Assembly (NCBI GenBank): GCA_049322955.1 | Contig: JBMOPU010000012.1 | Span: 747,517-786,790, forward strand | Source: Patescibacteria group bacterium | Lineage (GTDB): Bacteria > Patescibacteriota > Microgenomatia > UBA10105 > UBA927 | Reading direction: 5' to 3' | Length of the DNA: 39,274 nucleotides | Shown: positions 37,758 through 39,274 of the stretch, in pieces | Numbering within the stretch: the first letter of the stretch is position 1 | Layout: each line of letters starts with the position of its first letter | The notes under the pieces: model-generated | The model's database searches: none | What the model saw: only the letters and a program-made list of their open reading frames with translations | Told to the model about the DNA's origin: nothing | Position numbers and translations under genes: made by a program

Positions 37758-38428
37758 ACTTCGCTTCCTATCCTAAATCCCACTCCATGAACGGTTTCAA
37801 TCAGCTTTTTTTTAGCCTTCGCATCGACCTTTTTTCGTAGTGATGCCACAAACACATCAACAACATTGCTCATACCATCAAAGTTGTAATCCCAGACATG
37901 ATCCGTAATCATTGTGCGGGTGACTACTTCTCCTTTATGCCGAAGCAGAAGTTCTAAAATAGCAAATTCTTTTGGGGTCAACTTAAGTGGTGTTCCGTTC
38001 CGGCTTACCGAATGCTTCAAAGGATTAAGTTCAAGTTCTTCTATGGAAAGCACCGGGGACACTTCCTGATGGCTTCTGCGTATAAGTGCATGGATGCGCG
38101 ATCGGAACTCAACGAATGAAAAAGGCTTGGTCAGATAATCATCGGCGCCACTATCGAGCCCTGCCACCTTATCATCAGTGGAAGACTTGGCAGTGAGCAT
38201 AAGAATGGGGGTTTTAATGTTTTTCGCACGGAGATTTTTGCAGAGGGTAAGACCATCAATTTTAGGAAGCATGATATCCAACACAATGAGGTCGTACTGT
38301 TCGCTTTCGGCAAGGAATTGACCGTCTTCGCCATCAAAGGCTTGATCCACGGCAAAGCCATCTTCGACAAAGCCTTTTTTGATAACTGTCGAAAGCCGGC
38401 GCTCGTCCTCAACAACAAGTATTCTCAT
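37754..38428 (-). CDS. OmpR-family response regulator (CusR/CopR-like)
   Basis: MRILVVEDE, LDIMLP, GADDYLTKPF, wHTH SNVVDVFVASLRKK...TVHGVGF; ATGA overlap with the kinase. Confidence 0.96.
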   Translation of the reverse strand: MRILVVEDERRLSTVIKKGFVEDGFAVDQAFDGEDGQFLAESEQYDLIVLDIMLPKIDGLTLCKNLRAKNIKTPILMLTAKSSTDDKVAGLDSGADDYLTKPFSFVEFRSRIHALIRRSHQEVSPVLSIEELELNPLKHSVSRNGTPLKLTPKEFAILELLLRHKGEVVTRTMITDHVWDYNFDGMSNVVDVFVASLRKKVDAKAKKKLIETVHGVGFRIGSEV

Positions 38429-38450
38429 GATTCTATTATATTAAAAAATC

Positions 38451-38468
38451 ATGAAGAAAACATTAAGT
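38451..38468 (-). promoter_or_regulatory. Direct-repeat box 3 (ACTTAAT-GTTT-TCTTCAT), autoregulatory position
   Basis: 10 nt upstream of -10 TATAAT (38435-38440), which lies 6 nt before the regulator ATG. Confidence 0.68.
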
Positions 38469-38942
38469 TTTAGAAGAAAAATATTTCTTTGCACCATCAA
38501 GCATTTGCTGGACACACCATTTGGCATACCAGTCCCCAAGAAGTGTCCCTAACCATCTGTTTTTATCTGGCATATCGTAATCAATGGATACGCGGAAAAA
38601 TGAGTTCTTTGTTTGAGGGAAAATTTCTATTTTCATCTCATAATCACCGATTACCAGAAGATTTCTCACTTTTACTGTTTTCCATGTCTTGACGCTCGGC
38701 TTTTTATGTTCTGTTACTACTTCATCAATGAACATACGAATACCGAGAATGGAGCCTTCTAAAAGCATGTGGGATCCGACTTCTTTCCCCAGCTTACTAT
38801 CAGTTGTGATATGCATCGAACTTCCCATCATCATCCAGGAAGAACTACTCATGTGGGAAGAAAAACGATTATGATCATCAGCGTACTCAAATACTTGGTC
38901 AGGAGTGGCTGCTAGGACTGTGCTTTTGTGATAATGCTTCAT
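38463..38942 (-). CDS. SRPBCC/START-fold protein with Met-rich segment
   Basis: STVLAATPDQVFEYADD N-terminus and C-terminal helix typical of SRPBCC; HMSSSSWMMMGSSMH. Confidence 0.75.
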   Translation of the reverse strand: MKHYHKSTVLAATPDQVFEYADDHNRFSSHMSSSSWMMMGSSMHITTDSKLGKEVGSHMLLEGSILGIRMFIDEVVTEHKKPSVKTWKTVKVRNLLVIGDYEMKIEIFPQTKNSFFRVSIDYDMPDKNRWLGTLLGDWYAKWCVQQMLDGAKKYFSSKT

Positions 38943-38975
38943 AATTATTCCAGCGTATCCACGGGTAGCACTTAT

Positions 38976-39274
38976 TTATACTCCGCACCCACCACCGGTT
39001 TTTGGTGGCTGTTCAACTAAGCCCTTCTCCACAAGCCATTTCTTGATCGATTGAGCACCAGATGCAGACGAATATTCACGGCTAAGAACCGTTTTGGCAT
39101 CCATGTCTTTAAATGATTTTCCATCTTTATTCTTAAAATATAAGGCTAGGTCATAGTAGTTGCCGGGGAACCAGTAGGCATTAAAATATTTTCCTGCCTC
39201 ATACATTTCCTGTTCCGTTGCACCGTTACTTGCCATAAGTTGCATAACAGCCAGAAGTGCCATCCCATGATTAC
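38976..39274 (-). CDS. Hypothetical protein, 5'-truncated by the window edge, with (C)NHG and C-terminal GGGCGV
   Basis: Frame is open to the edge: (C)NHGMALLAVMQLMAS...NAYWFP...GGGCGV*. Confidence 0.8.
   Translation of the reverse strand, partial: NHGMALLAVMQLMASNGATEQEMYEAGKYFNAYWFPGNYYDLALYFKNKDGKSFKDMDAKTVLSREYSSASGAQSIKKWLVEKGLVEQPPKTGGGCGV

Larger units (their letters stand above)
27273..39274 (-). other. Copper/heavy-metal homeostasis locus (possible accessory island abutting the tRNA-Gly 3' end)
   Basis: Eleven co-oriented metal-related genes start right after tRNA-Gly; the distal part is visibly AT-richer. No integrase or att repeat in the window. Confidence 0.6.

Noticed and set aside
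38956-38967. TACCCGTGGATA (minus strand) as a CsoR-type operator
   Set aside because: Shorter than the known TAC-C/G-tract-GTA spacing, single copy, and no csoR in the window.

Overview
Bacterial chromosomal window, most likely from a Patescibacteria/CPR (Microgenomates-like) genome. That assignment is inferred from protein idiosyncrasies (GatA DAWAHGSS, PyrG GEYQN, L19 insertion, short AtpH) and from compact, mostly leaderless gene starts. Bases 1-27272 are dense housekeeping DNA: nth, a mini PilC-like gene, mscS, a CDP-alcohol phosphotransferase, yraN, rplS, pyrG, a CBS protein, a complete F1Fo atp operon, dnaE, gatCAB, a HAD hydrolase, murT-gatD, a 2H phosphoesterase, htpX, lemA, polX, a candidate structured RNA, tRNA-Asp, a 2xLysM protein and tRNA-Gly. 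Directly after tRNA-Gly a >=12 kb, all-minus-strand, partly AT-richer copper-handling locus runs to the window edge. It has two different P1B-ATPases (a CPC enzyme with an extra TM helix plus an unexplained C-terminal domain, and a CPD-motif enzyme), CopZ, an HMA-DsbD_2-2x CupA-like fusion, CopM/DUF305, a cupredoxin, DUF2933, an OmpR/CusRS-like two-component system, a Met-rich SRPBCC protein and a truncated CNHG...GCGV protein. Three promoters in the locus share an 18-bp direct-repeat box at a fixed distance from the -10 element. Best leads: the copper locus architecture and its box, the CopA C-terminal domain, the ~157-nt structured RNA ahead of tRNA-Asp, pervasive leaderless promoters, and a PyrG with a rewritten CTP-feedback loop. 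All calls come from reading motifs by eye; no database search or folding program was run.
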